Below, in pieces: positions 11,537 to 23,149 of a stretch of DNA of 64,000 bases. A program made the position numbers and the translations under genes. This DNA comes from Mobula hypostoma. Taxonomy: Eukaryota. Within the stretch, counting starts at the first letter, position 1; the number at the start of each line of letters is the position of its first letter. Below the pieces are notes generated by a model. It saw only the letters and a program-made list of their open reading frames with translations. It ran no database searches and was not told where the DNA came from. Where the stretch lies: the NCBI RefSeq assembly GCF_963921235.1, contig NC_086097.1, forward strand, positions 118,794,001-118,858,000, read 5' to 3'.

Positions 11537-14500
11537 AAACATAGAAACAGAGAAAATAGGTGCAGGAGTAGGCCATTTGGCCCTTCGAGCCTGCACCGCC
11601 ATTCAGTATGATCATGGCTGATCATCCAACTCAGAACCCTGTTTCTCTCCATACTCCCTGATCCCTTTAGCCACAAGGGCCATATCTAACTCCCTCTTAA
11701 ATATAGCCAATGAACTGACCTCAACTGTTTCCTGTGGCAGAGAATTCCACAGATACACCACTCTCTGTGCGAAAAAGTTTTTCCTCATCTCGGTCCTAAA
11801 AGGCTTCCCTTTTATTCTTAAACTGTGACCCCTCGTTCTGGACTTCCCCAACATCGGGAACAATCTTCCTGCATCTAGCCTGTCCAATTCCTTTAGAATT
11901 TTATATTTTTCAATAAGATCCCCCCTCAATCTTCTAAATTCCAGAGAGTATAAGCCTAGTCGATCCAGTCTTTCTTCATATGAAAGTCCTGCCATCCCAG
12001 GAATCAATCTGGTGAACCTTCTTTGTACTCCCTCTATGGCAATAATGTCTCCTTAGATTAGGGGACCAAAACTGCACTCCAGGTGTGGTCTCACCAAGGC
12101 CTTGTACAACTGCAGTAAAACCTCCCTGCTCCTGTACTCAAATCCTCTTGCTATGATGCCAGCATACCATTCACCTTTTTCACTGCCTGCTGTACCTGCA
12201 TGCCCACTTTCAATGACTGATGTACAATGACACTCAGGTCTCGTTGCACCTCCCCTTTTCCTAATCGGCCACCATTCAGATAATAATCTGTTTTCCTGTT
12301 CTTGCCACCAAAGTGGATAACCTCATATTTATCCATATTAAATTGCATCTGCCATGAATTTGCCCACTCACCTAACCTATCCAAGTCACCCTGCATCCTC
12401 TTAGCATCCTCCTCACAGCTAACACTGCCGCCCAGTGTCGTGTCATCCGCGAACTTGGAGATGCTGCTTTTAATTCCCTCATCTAAATCATCAATATATA
12501 TTGTAAACAGCTGGCGTCCCAGCACTGAGCCCTGTGGTACCCCACTAGTCACTGCCTGCCATTCTGAAAAGGTCTCGTTTATTCCCACTCTTTGCTTCCT
12601 GTCTGCCAACCAATTCTCTATCCACATCAATACCTTACCCGCAATACCATGTGCTTTAAGTTCGCACACTAATCTCCTGTGTAGGACCTTGTCAAAAGCC
12701 TTTTGAAAATCCAAATATACCACATCCACTGGTTCTCCCCATCCACTCTACTAGTTACATCCTCAAAAAATTCTATGAGATTCGTCAGACATGATTTTCC
12801 TTTCACAAATCCATGCTGACTTTGTCCGATGATTTCACCGCTTTGCAAATGTGCTGTTATCACATCTTTAATAACTGACTCCAGCATTTTCCCCACCACC
12901 AATGTCAGGCTAACCGGTCTATAATTCCCTGGTTTCTCTCTCCCTCCTTTTTTAAAAAGTGGGGTTATATTAGCCACCCTCCAATCCTCAGGAACTAATC
13001 CAGAATCTAAAGATTTTTGAAAAATTATCACTAAAGCATCCACTATTTCTTGGGCTACTTCCTTAAGCACTCTGGGATGCAGACCATCTGACCCTGGGGA
13101 TTTATCTGCCTTTAATCCCTTCAATTTACCTAACACCACTTCCCTACTAACATGTATTTTCCTCAGTTCCTCCATCTCACTAGACCCTCGGTCCCCTACT
13201 ATTTCCGAAAGATTATTTATGTCTTCCTTGGTAAAGACAGAACCAAAGCAGTTATTCAATTGGTCTGCCATGTCCTTGTTCCCCATGATCAATTCACCTG
13301 TTTCTGACCGTAAGGGACCTATATTTGTCTTAAGCAATCTTTTTCTTTTCACATATCTATAAAAGCTTTTACAGTCAGTTTTTATGTTCCCTGCCAGCTT
13401 TCTCTCATAATCTTTTTTTCCCTTTTCTAATTAAGCCGTTTGTCCTCCTCTGCTGGACACTGAATTTCTCCCAGTCTTCAGGTGTGCTGCTTTTTCTGGC
13501 TAATTTGTATGTTTCCTCTTTGGAATTGATACTATCCCTAATCTCCCTTGTCAGCCATGCGTGCACTACCTTCCCTGGTTTATTCTTTTGCCAAACTGGG
13601 ATGAACAATTGCATGGTTCATCCATGCGATCTTTAAATGCTTGCCAATGCATATCTACTGTCAACCCTTTAAGTATCATTTGCCAGTCTATCTTAGCTAA
13701 TTCACGTCTCATACCTTCAAAGTTACCCTTCTTTAAGTTCAGAACCTTTGTTTCTGAATTAACTATGTCACTCTCCATTTTAATGAAGAATTCCACCATA
13801 TTATGGTCACTCTTACCCAAGGGGCGTCTCACGACAAGATTGCTAATTAACCCTTCCTCATTGCTCAATACCCAATCTAGAATAGCCTGCTCTCTAGTTG
13901 GTTCCTCGACATGTTGGTTCAGAAAACCAACCCGCATATATTCCAAGAAATCCTCTTCCTCAACACCCTTACCAATTTGGTTCACCCAATCTATATGTAG
14001 ATTGAAGTCACCCATTATAACTGCTGTTCCTTTATTGCACGCATTTCTAATTTCCTGCTTAATGCCATCCCCAATCTCACTACTACCGTTAGGTGGCCTG
14101 TACACAACTCTCACCAGCGTTTTCTGCCCCTTAGTGTTATGCAGCTCCACATTCTCCAGGCTAATGTCCTTCCTTCCTATTGCATGAATCTCCTCTCTAA
14201 CCAGCAATGCTACCCCACCTCCTTTTCTTTCATGTCTATCCGTCCTGAATATTGAATATCCCTGAAAGTTGGCTCCCATCCTTGGTCACCCTGGAGCCAT
14301 GTCCCTGTGATCCCAACTATATCATATTCATTAATAACTATCTGCACATTCAATTCATCCACCTTGTTACGAATGCTCCTGGCACTGACACACAAAGCCT
14401 TCAGGCTCACTTTTACAACACTCTTAGCCCTTACACAATTATGTTGAAAAGTGGCCCTTTTTGATTTTTGCCCTGGATTTGCCTGCCTGCCACTTATACT

Positions 14501-15494
14501 TTTCACCTTACTACTTTTTGATTCTACCCTCATTTTACAACCCTCTGTCTCTCTGCACTTGTTCCCATCCCCCTGCCACATTAGTTTAAATCCTCCTGAA
14601 CAACAGTGGCAAATGCTCCCCCTGGGACATTGGTTCCAGCCCAGCCCAGGTGCAGACCGTCCTGTTTGTACCAGTCCCACCTCCTCCAGAACTGGTTCCA
14701 ATGCCACAGAAATTTGAATTCCCACCCCCCCCCGCACCATTTTTTCAAGCCACATATTCATCTGATATGTCCTCCTATTCCTATTCTGACTAGCATGTGG
14801 CACTGGTAGTAATCCAGAGATTATTACCTTTGTGGTCCTACTTTTTAGTTTATCTCCTAACTCCCTAAATTCACCTTGTAGGACCTCATCCCATTTTTTA
14901 CTTATATCGTTGGTACCTATGTGCACCATGACCACTGGCTGTTCACCCTCCCACTCCAGAATTTCCTGCAGCCGCTCAGAGACATCCTTGACCCTTACAC
15001 CAGGGAGGCAACATACCTTCCTGGAGTCTCGTTTGTGGCCACAGAAACGCCTATCTATTCCCCTTAAAATCAAATCCCTTATCACTATAGTTCTCCCACT
15101 CCTTTTCCTTCCCTCCAGTGCTGCAGAGCCACCCATGGTGCCATGAACTCGGTTGCTGTTGCCTTCCCCAACAGTATCCAAAACAGTATATCTGTTTGGG
15201 AGGGAGATGACCTCAGGGGACTCCTGCACTACCTGCCTACTGCTACACTGTCTAGTGGCCACCCATTCCCTTTCTGTCTGTGTAGCCTTTACCTGCGGTG
15301 TGGCCAACTCACTGAACGTGCTATTCACGATTTTCTCAGCACCACGGATGCTCCAGTATGAATCTAGTCGCAGCTCCAGCCGCTCAATGCGGTCTGCCAG
15401 AAGCTGCAGCTGGACAAGTTTCCTGCACACACAGTTGTCAGGGACACTGGAAGTATCCCTGATTTCCCACATGCTGCAGGATGAACAAACCATG
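11537..15494 (-). mobile_element. Near full-length CR1 LINE (ORF1 zinc finger/esterase; ORF2 APE endonuclease plus RT), frameshifted, inserted in Gypsy pol
   Basis: ORF1 MVCSSCSMWE..; VCCLPG..VHIGTND (SGNH-like); EN motifs VIMGDFN, LGKSDHN; RT motifs NYRPVSL, YLDFQKAFDKV, GVPQGSVLG, KFADDT; tail agaaacatagaaac at 11535-11548; GAG duplicated at 11534-11536 and 15495-15497. Confidence 0.95.
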
Positions 15495-17908
15495 GAGTAT
15501 CTTCAGAGACCAATTGATCCGTGGGTTATATCGAGGTAACCGGGGAGACCAAGTACCAGTGGCAGTTCAGGTGAATTAACCAGATAGAAAGATATTTCTT
15601 CATGATAGTTTCCTTCGAGCACCAGTCGGAGGGGTTGAGTGGAAAGGTGGATCTGGCCGGTTTCCAGAGGTCGACCATCCAGCACCTTGACGTTGATCTT
15701 TTCTCTCCATTCCTGAGTTGGAACTCCCCATCTTTGAGCGACAGAGATGTCCATAAGATTCCCGGCTGCACTGGAGTCATTAAACGCCTTAAGTTTATGG
15801 GTCTGATAATTCCACAACAAGGAAGCTGCGAGCATTACAGAATGAGGGGAAGCTGACTGAAGAGAGAATCAACCCGTCAGGATTCCCCTCCCTGCTGACA
15901 GGTATTCTCGTTTACCAGACGCTTGGAACATGCCGCCCGGAAGTGTCCTGGATCACCACAATAGAGGCAGGAACCTGTTCTCTGGCGCTGGTCTCATTCC
16001 TCCTGAGACAGGCGCATGTGTCCCACTTGCATAGGCTCCTCCGTGGGCTGGGTGCTGGGTGGTGAGGGAGGGGTAGAGGGCGACGAAAGTTGGTGATCAG
16101 GCGGCACGTAAGAAGTTTGAACATTCTTTCCCTGTGCTATTCAGTTACCCGGTCGTCAACTCGAACAGCCAGATTAATCAGGTCATCCAGACTACCTTGC
16201 TCATCCTGGACAGCAACCTCATGCCAGATCCCTGCATTCAGTCCACGCTGGAAGGCAGTGATGAGAGATTTCTCATTCCATCCCATCTCTGCTGCAAGGG
16301 TATGGAATTTAACTGCTGTGACGACAAACCAAGTTATCAGAAGATAGATGCTGATGAGAGAGATAAGGGAGACAATGGAGAAACATTCAAAATGCTAATA
16401 AGAGAGAAGAGAGAGATTAACGAGAAAGAAACACATTTCAGAATATTGACAGACCGGCTGCTTTGAACCTGAACTGGTTGAAGTTTGATGGACAGGCGAT
16501 ACCCCAGCAGGGGGATAAAAAGAACAAGTTCGTTAAGGCTCGACACACACCATGAGGTAATGAGACCCTGGAAGAGCGGTGTGCCCCCACAAGTTGGTGA
16601 GAGTTGGAGGTCTGGTTCGAGGGAACCGATCATAGACTGACAGGGTGAAAAGGGACGATCGGTGGGAACCTGGTATGTGTGTCCACCCTTGCCTGGGTGC
16701 CGGGTTCACCGCGGAAGAAAGGTCGTATCCAGAACGGAGGGGTCACAGTCGGTGACCACAGAAGACATTAAAGGGTTCGCCCGAAAGCTAACTGCGAAGA
16801 ACATCAAAGGTCTGTTTGAATCAAAATTTCCATTCTCTCTCTCTCCAACGGCACAACAACGATTATTGCAAACTGTACTAAGCTGAACTGAACTCTGCGT
16901 CACTTGAGACTGATCATTTTACCCCTAGACTGCGATAGAGCTTGGTTGATTCCTATTACCCTAGTTCTGTGTACATGTGTGTTTTATCATTGCTAACTTG
17001 TTGCATTTATATCCTTACGATTAGAGTACTGTGTTACTTATTTCTTTAATAAAACTTCATTAGTTTCTGTTAAACCAGACTCCAACTAAGTGGTCCATTT
17101 CTGCTGGTTTGGCAACCCAGTTACGGGGTACGTAACACTGCATAGACTCTCAACCATTCTTCTACCTTGGCACAGGTCCAAGAGTCAGTGGGCAGCCTCC
17201 TGACCCCATACTGGAAGATCAAGCACCCTCCTTAACTCCACCACAAAATGTCAGAACGACTGGGCTGCGGGGTATCTTTGCTCCTGTAAAGCATTGAACA
17301 GGCTGAGTGGAGGTCCGTCAAGAAGATTGACTATGTACGCCAATTTTCACGCATCACCACCAAAATGACTAGGCTGGGCTTGGAATGTCAGCTTGCATTG
17401 GGTGATAAAATTCCTGCAACCATCAGGATCAGCGGAATATCTGCCTGGTGGTGGAATCCTCGGTTCCTATACGGTGGTGGGAGTCGGCTCTGGTCCAGGC
17501 GTGGGAGCGGGAGCATTAGTAGCAGAGATTGTCGGGGCAGCAGGAAAGGAGTTATCTGCGAGATGCTGGGAGTGGGACTGAGGCGGCCTGAAGCTGCTGA
17601 ATTGCGTTGGCGAGAATGTTAATGGCTGTCAGCTGATGCTGGCTGTTCACAGTAAGTTCGTGGTCAGCGGCCGTGAGTGTGGAAATCGCAGACACCTGAG
17701 TCCAATTGTCTGTGGTGAGCTGTTGAACAATTGCGGCTAGGAACGATACCTTTTCCTCCAAGTGAGACTGGGCTTGTTGGCCCAAGATTATCTGCCTCAT
17801 TGCCTCCATAATTTCACTGAGAACAGATTCCATTTCCTGTAGCTTGTCTCCTACCTGACCAATGAATCTCACGGCCAAAGTCAGCTGCTCTCTCTCTGCT
17901 GGGTCCAC
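15495..17908 (-). pseudogene. Gypsy gag and aspartic protease remnants, interrupted by a solo LTR
   Basis: Start (GTG)DPAEREQL at 17908; YAVKFHTLAAEMGWNE restored across the insertion; CLYCGDPGHFRAAC zinc knuckle at about 15929-15970; protease-like KAFNDSSAAGNLMD and ELPLVLGLP. Confidence 0.88.
16317..17137 (+). mobile_element. Solo LTR (821 bp) of an unrelated LTR element, inserted in gag
   Basis: TGTGACG...CGTAACA inverted termini; 4-bp TSD CTGC (16313-16316, 17138-17141); TATA-like GATAAAA at about 16514; AATAAA at 17048; removing it restores the gag reading. Confidence 0.9.
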
Positions 17909-17929
17909 CTTTGTGTGGTCGAGACTTGC

Positions 17930-18356
17930 TGTTACCCAGTTTGGATATGGCCCAAATGCAGAGTGAGAGACACTGAAGTGAGTCGATAGTTCACAAAATT
18001 TTAATGCGAATACTGTTCAAGGCAAAATTAAACAATAAACGCTAGGCCAAACAGGGCCGTTAACTAAAACCCTCAAATGGAAAATGAAGCTACCCTGCAG
18101 CTGACAAGAACATCTAAACATTAAATGAATACTGCTAGTCTTCAGAGTCAGTTAACATGACAGTCCAATTTCTCAGGGAACGCCAAATGCAAATAGGCAG
18201 CGAAGTGTTGCTGTGCTCTGTCCAGGTCTGGACAAGCACTAGGACGACAAGTATAGAGTTAAATATTATCACAATTAAATAATAATTAGCTGACACGTGC
18301 ATATTCACAAGCCCAATCGCCGTATCTACTGTGTTGCTGAATCCGTGGTTGTGACG
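17930..18356 (-). repeat. 5' LTR of the sushi-like element (427 bp)
   Basis: Colinear with 8788-9209, roughly 85% identical by eye; terminal CA mutated to CG; lies 21 bp from the gag start. Confidence 0.95.
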
Positions 18357-19445
18357 TATTGTCTTCACAGGAGCACCCACTCATCAGCGATCAATTGGTG
18401 ATCTGATTTTTTTTCCAAGTGCCAGTTTTTTGCTGTGGTGCTATTCTCGTCCGAAGTTCAGAATCCCTCCAGACTTTAGAAGGTGACTATTATATCTGGT
18501 GATCTGGCTTAAGTCAACAAAACTGTGTGTCAAGAGACCTCTGGATTAACAAAACACCAGCAAGGAAAGGCACTCTGTGAGTCAGACTGGTTAGCAAAGT
18601 AAGAAGACCATTCCAATATTACACTTTATTGGATTCAATTGAATTAGCAGCTGAAATATCTTTTTCACCAGGAAATACTTGATATAGAAAACTTTACGTC
18701 CCTACTTTATCATTTTTTGTCATCTGTTCAATACCGGAGATTCACAAGGAGCAACTCTCAGAATTGCATGTACGCATTACAAAGCCACTGGTCTGTGACC
18801 AATATCACACTGTAGCCATTTGCTTTTATTATTATTTTCAGAATGTTGTATGGGATTGCATATTCACCACTGATGCTGACTCACCTGGTGCATTTCTAGC
18901 TGTTTCAGTTTTTGTTATAAGTTACATTGCATTGTACAGAAGGCGTGCAGGACATGAGCTGAAGGCTTGTCAGCTGACTTACTCCCACTGCTGATTAGAC
19001 AGAACCTGAATAGTACTGCTGCTTAAAGAAAAGTTCCAAACATTGATTGATAATGAAATATGCAGGCAGATAACAGGGAAGGGGAAATAGTATATTGAAA
19101 TAGATATTGAAAGGAGGAATAACAAAACAGTGGAAATTCTAAGGGCCTATGAACAAAGGAAAAACAGCAGTGGTTTAAGTTTGCAAGCTTTAACATAAAA
19201 AATGGAATAAGCTCTAAGCATCTATGGTAAAAGGAATTAACATTTCTCTGTAAGTAATTCCACGTTAAGCATGTGTGTGAACTCTTGCATTTGTAGTTAT
19301 ATTGCTTGGATTGGTGTAACGTTTGTAATTATGAAAGTCTACATATAATTAGATATTGTTAGTGTCCATGAGAAGTGATGATACAGTCTGTACTGAACAG
19401 GGTAGCTGGCCGCTGACCTCCGATGGGAATTCAACAAGGACAACA

Positions 19446-19943
19446 AAGTTCAAAGTTCAAAGTAATTTTATGATCAAAGTGAGCATACCTCACCTTATAC
19501 TACACCGTGATTCATTTTCTGGCAGGCATTCACAGCAGAACAAAAAAAAATACAAACAGAATCAGTAAAAAACTGCACACAAACCAAGGCAGACAAGCAA
19601 CCAATGTGCAAAGGAATGTTAAAATAAAACATGAGTAAATAATAACAAAAACTTGAGTTGTAGAATCCTTGATAATGAGTCCATAGTTTATAGAATCAGT
19701 TCACTGTTGATGTGAGTGAAGTTATCCACACTGGTTTAGGAGCCTGATGGTTTAAGAGTAATACATGTTCCTGAACCTGGCTCAGTGGGACCTAAAGCTC
19801 CTGTAGCTCCTTCCCGAAGGCAACAGCAAGAAGACAGCATGGACAAAAAGGTGCAGGTCATTGATGGCAGATGCTGCTTTCTTGTGGCAGCACTCCTTGT
19901 AGGTGTGCTCAGTGGTGGGGAGTACTTTTCCTGTGATGGACTG
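19446..19943 (-). mobile_element. Rex1-like LINE 3' fragment
   Basis: Reverse complement of the shared tail (aaagttcaaagttcaaagtaa) plus decayed ORF2-end sequence homologous to about 31480-31670. Confidence 0.7.
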
Positions 19944-20344
19944 AATAAGAACTTATTAGTCCTGTGACGGAGTAATAAGTTGACCAAAGGCCCATTTTGA
20001 ACTTATCGGCAGCACCACCATCAATACCAACATCTGCAACAACTTCAGCAAGTCTTAGTTTGACTTCAACAGCAGTAGTGCCAAGCAACATACCATCAGC
20101 ACAAGGTACGGTTATAGAGATGTAATATCTTACCCCTGCGATTGTTGCACAGCGAACATTTGCAGATGTTGTAAATCTAAATAAAAATAGAGAATGTTGG
20201 GCAGATTACATTGTACCTGTTGAGAGAAAAATGGATTTAATGTTTTACGATAATGGCCTTTCAAAAGAACTGAAGGTATTGCTGAGGATCTGTATTGTGA
20301 GTATGCCTGAAGTATGACAAGCAGTCATTAGACTGAAGACTCCA

Positions 20345-20670
20345 AGCAGATTCTTTCTTCTTCAGCCCTTTATCTTTTCCATCTACACCTCCCAGCTTCT
20401 CATTTCACCTCCCCCTCCCCTACCCACGTGCCCTCCCTTTCACCTGGTTTCACTTGTCGCCTACCAGCTTATAGTTGTTCCCTTCCCTCCACCCACCCAT
20501 GTTATTATTCTGGCTTTCTTCCCAGTCCTTTCCAGTCCTGATGAAGGGCCTCACTCTGAAACAACTGCTGCTCTTCCTCTTCCATGGGTGCTGCGAGACC
20601 TGCTGAGTTCTTCTAGCATTTTGTGTATTTTGCCCAGGATCTAGGGCATCAGCAGAATCTCTTGTGTTTA
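20345..20670 (+). mobile_element. Penelope-like terminal fragment
   Basis: Pyrimidine-rich tract, cagtcctgatgaaggg and cctgctgagttcttctagcattttgtgt, the reverse complement of the repeat at 6993 and 42966. Confidence 0.7.
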
Positions 20671-21557
20671 TTCTATGTTGAAATCATATTATTAATGCCA
20701 GTAATAATACAAGACCAAGCTGCCTATTAGAATACTGATATGCTCAAAGAAATCATCATGAAAATAGGGCAGTAGAATTTCATCCAATCACCTTCTGTCA
20801 CTAAGACCCAGATCATAAAAAACTGCATTCTGAAACTTAGCCAAGTAAAATGTCATCCATCCACTGCCTTGCAATTTTCATGGTAGCCTCATTAAGTTTT
20901 CACTTTTCTCAATATATTGAATTCACCTTTGGGAAACAAAATCTTGTGGAACTGCAATCCAAGTGATCACAACTCTGGGTAATTTTTTCTCATCTTCCTT
21001 TTGGGTATTCATTTTAATTTTGTTTACTCTCACTGCCAACTCTTTTGCAGGTAGAAACAGTGGGTTCCCCACACTGGAACTCAAGTTCTGTTGGATGGCC
21101 TTCAATCTGGAATACTAACTTTCTATCGCCACAAGTGCTATCTGACCTGCTTAGAGTCCCCAGAACTTTAATTTCAGATTTCCAGCATCTACAGCTTTCT
21201 GCTTTCAGAGAATATCTGGGAAATATAAATAACTGAACGAGTGAAATCTGAAGCACTGAGAGAGAGGGGGGGAAGAAAAACTATGAATGCTGGAAATGTG
21301 AGATACAAGACTCTCATGGTTAATAATTTGAAATCCTTCATTTTGATGCTGAATCCTGATGACTCTAGTGTACCAAGTTGAAAGATAAAGTGCTTCGTTT
21401 CAGCTGATCCAACAGCATTGGAGGCCAAAAATGGAGAGTTCTATCAGGGAGTGGGTAGAGATGAACAAAAAGAACTTGTACGAACTTAATAAAGGTGTTC
21501 AATAAAGCGATTTCCGGTGTGAAGATACCACATCATGAACATTGAAAGTAAGAAGTA

Positions 21558-22000
21558 CGAGGGGTGATTGATAAGTTTGTGGCCTAAGGTAGAAGGAGTC
21601 AATTTTAGAAAACCTAGCACATTTATTTTCAACATAGTCCCTCCTACATTTACACATTTAGTCCTGTGGTCGTGGAGCATACGGATCCTGGACCTCCAGA
21701 AAGTGTCCACATCAGGGGTGATTGATAAGTTCGTGGCCTGCGGTAGAAGGAGATGAGTTATACGGTTCTTGTTACATGCACGTGCAGTTCAACTCTTTGA
21801 GTGATTATGCAGAAAGTTTGAAGTTAATAACTTATCAGGGGTGATGGATAAGTTCATGGCCTAAGGTAGAAGAAGATGAGTTATTAACTTCAAACTTTTT
21901 GCATAATCACTCAAAGAGTTGAACTGCACGTGCATGTAACGAGAGCTGTATAACTCATCTCCTTCTACCTTAGGCCACAAACTTAATCAATCACCCCTCG
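21558..22000. mobile_element. Mariner-like MITE (443 bp) with reiterated TIRs
   Basis: TA|CGAGGGGTGATTGATAAG ... ATCAATCACCCCTCG|TA; TA TSD at 21556-21557 and 22001-22002; internal TIR copies at about 21713 and 21836. Confidence 0.9.
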
Positions 22001-22029
22001 TACATTAACATGAAGCACATTTACAAGGA

Positions 22030-23090
22030 GCACTGCCAGCATCCAACATCATGCTCCCTTCTCATGACGACCATTGGGCAGGAGGTATGGGAGCCTTAGG
22101 TTTCACCCCACCAGGTTCAGGAAGAATTATTACCCTGCAAGCATCAGGTTCCTCAACAGATATGGATAACTTCACCCGCCTCAACTCTGAACTGATTCTA
22201 CAACCTAGACTCACTTTCAGGAACTCTGCAACTCATAATCATAAACAAATCATAAACAAATAATGTTATTTTTTTTATTTGCACTATTTGTCTTCTTTTG
22301 CACATTGGCTCTTTGTCAGTCTTTATTTATGCATAGATTTCCATAAATTCTATTGTATTTCTGTGTTTTCTGTAATTGCCTGCAGGAAAATGAATCTCAA
22401 GGTAGCATACAGTAATTTAAAATTAAGTTTACTTTGAATTTAATTTGACTTAAACTAAATAGGAAGAAATACAAACAAACTGCAGCTTCTCTTGGTAAGA
22501 ACACTTTGTCCCTGGATGACAAGAATGGAATTGCTAAAATGGCATCTCTTTTAGTTGCATTAAAGATAGTTGGAGAAAGCTACTGGAAGTTTTGGAGATG
22601 GCAGAGTGATAAAAAGCACCCGGAAGCAACAGGAAAATTTGCCGTGGATGTAGAAAGCTGCCAGAAGAAAGCCAGCAATATCATGAAGGATCCTACTTAC
22701 CCTGCTCATGGACTGTTTGCCGTACTGCCATCAGTGAAGAGGCTACACAGCACCAGATCTGGACCACCAGACTCAAAAGCAGTTACTTCTCCCAAGCTGA
22801 CCAGTTGATCAGCGCCTCTGCCCACGAACCCACCTCACCCCACCACTACTTTATCAATTCCTGTCAGAATTACATTATGTTTAGATACATCTGCATCTAC
22901 AGCCACTTAGTGTATATGCAATTAGTCTATGTATATAGGCTCATCTTGCTGTATGTGTTTGTATTTATTGTGTTTTTCTAACATGTCCTCTATGCTTATT
23001 GTATTTTTTTATGCTGCATCAGAACCAGAGAGACAACTATATCACTCTTCTTTACACTTGTGTAGTGGAAATCACATTAAACAATTTTGG
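22030..23090 (+). mobile_element. Two adjacent Rex1-like 3' fragments (about 22030-22450 and 22645-23090)
   Basis: KKASNIMKDPTYPAHGLFAVLPS..RL resembles ARIIKDTTHP..LFIPLPSGRRL in ORF 54489-55127; shared tail at about 22380-22450. Confidence 0.65.
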
Positions 23091-23149
23091 AATATGTCCT
23101 TGTTGGCAGGTAGGTTTGTGCTGATGTTCCATGGACAGTTTTAACAACT

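Larger units (their letters stand above)
8788..18356 (-). mobile_element. Decayed full-span chromoviral Gypsy (Tf1/sushi-like) LTR retrotransposon with two nested insertions
   Basis: Two LTRs (8788-9209, 17930-18356); TSD TATCG (8783-8787) / TATTG (18357-18361); gag-PR-RT-(RH)-IN-chromodomain order on the minus strand; PPT next to the 3' LTR. Confidence 0.95.

Noticed and set aside
10825..11676. 283-aa ORF that could look like a novel RT fusion protein
   Set aside because: Chance read-through from the CR1 3' end (first about 47 aa) into Gypsy RT across the insertion junction; non-ATG start and a stop soon after YLDD.
15495..17908. Domesticated sushi-derived gene (PEG10/RTL-like)
   Set aside because: The gag-pol has stops, frameshifts, a GTG start and two insertions, and both LTRs are retained, so it is a decayed transposon.
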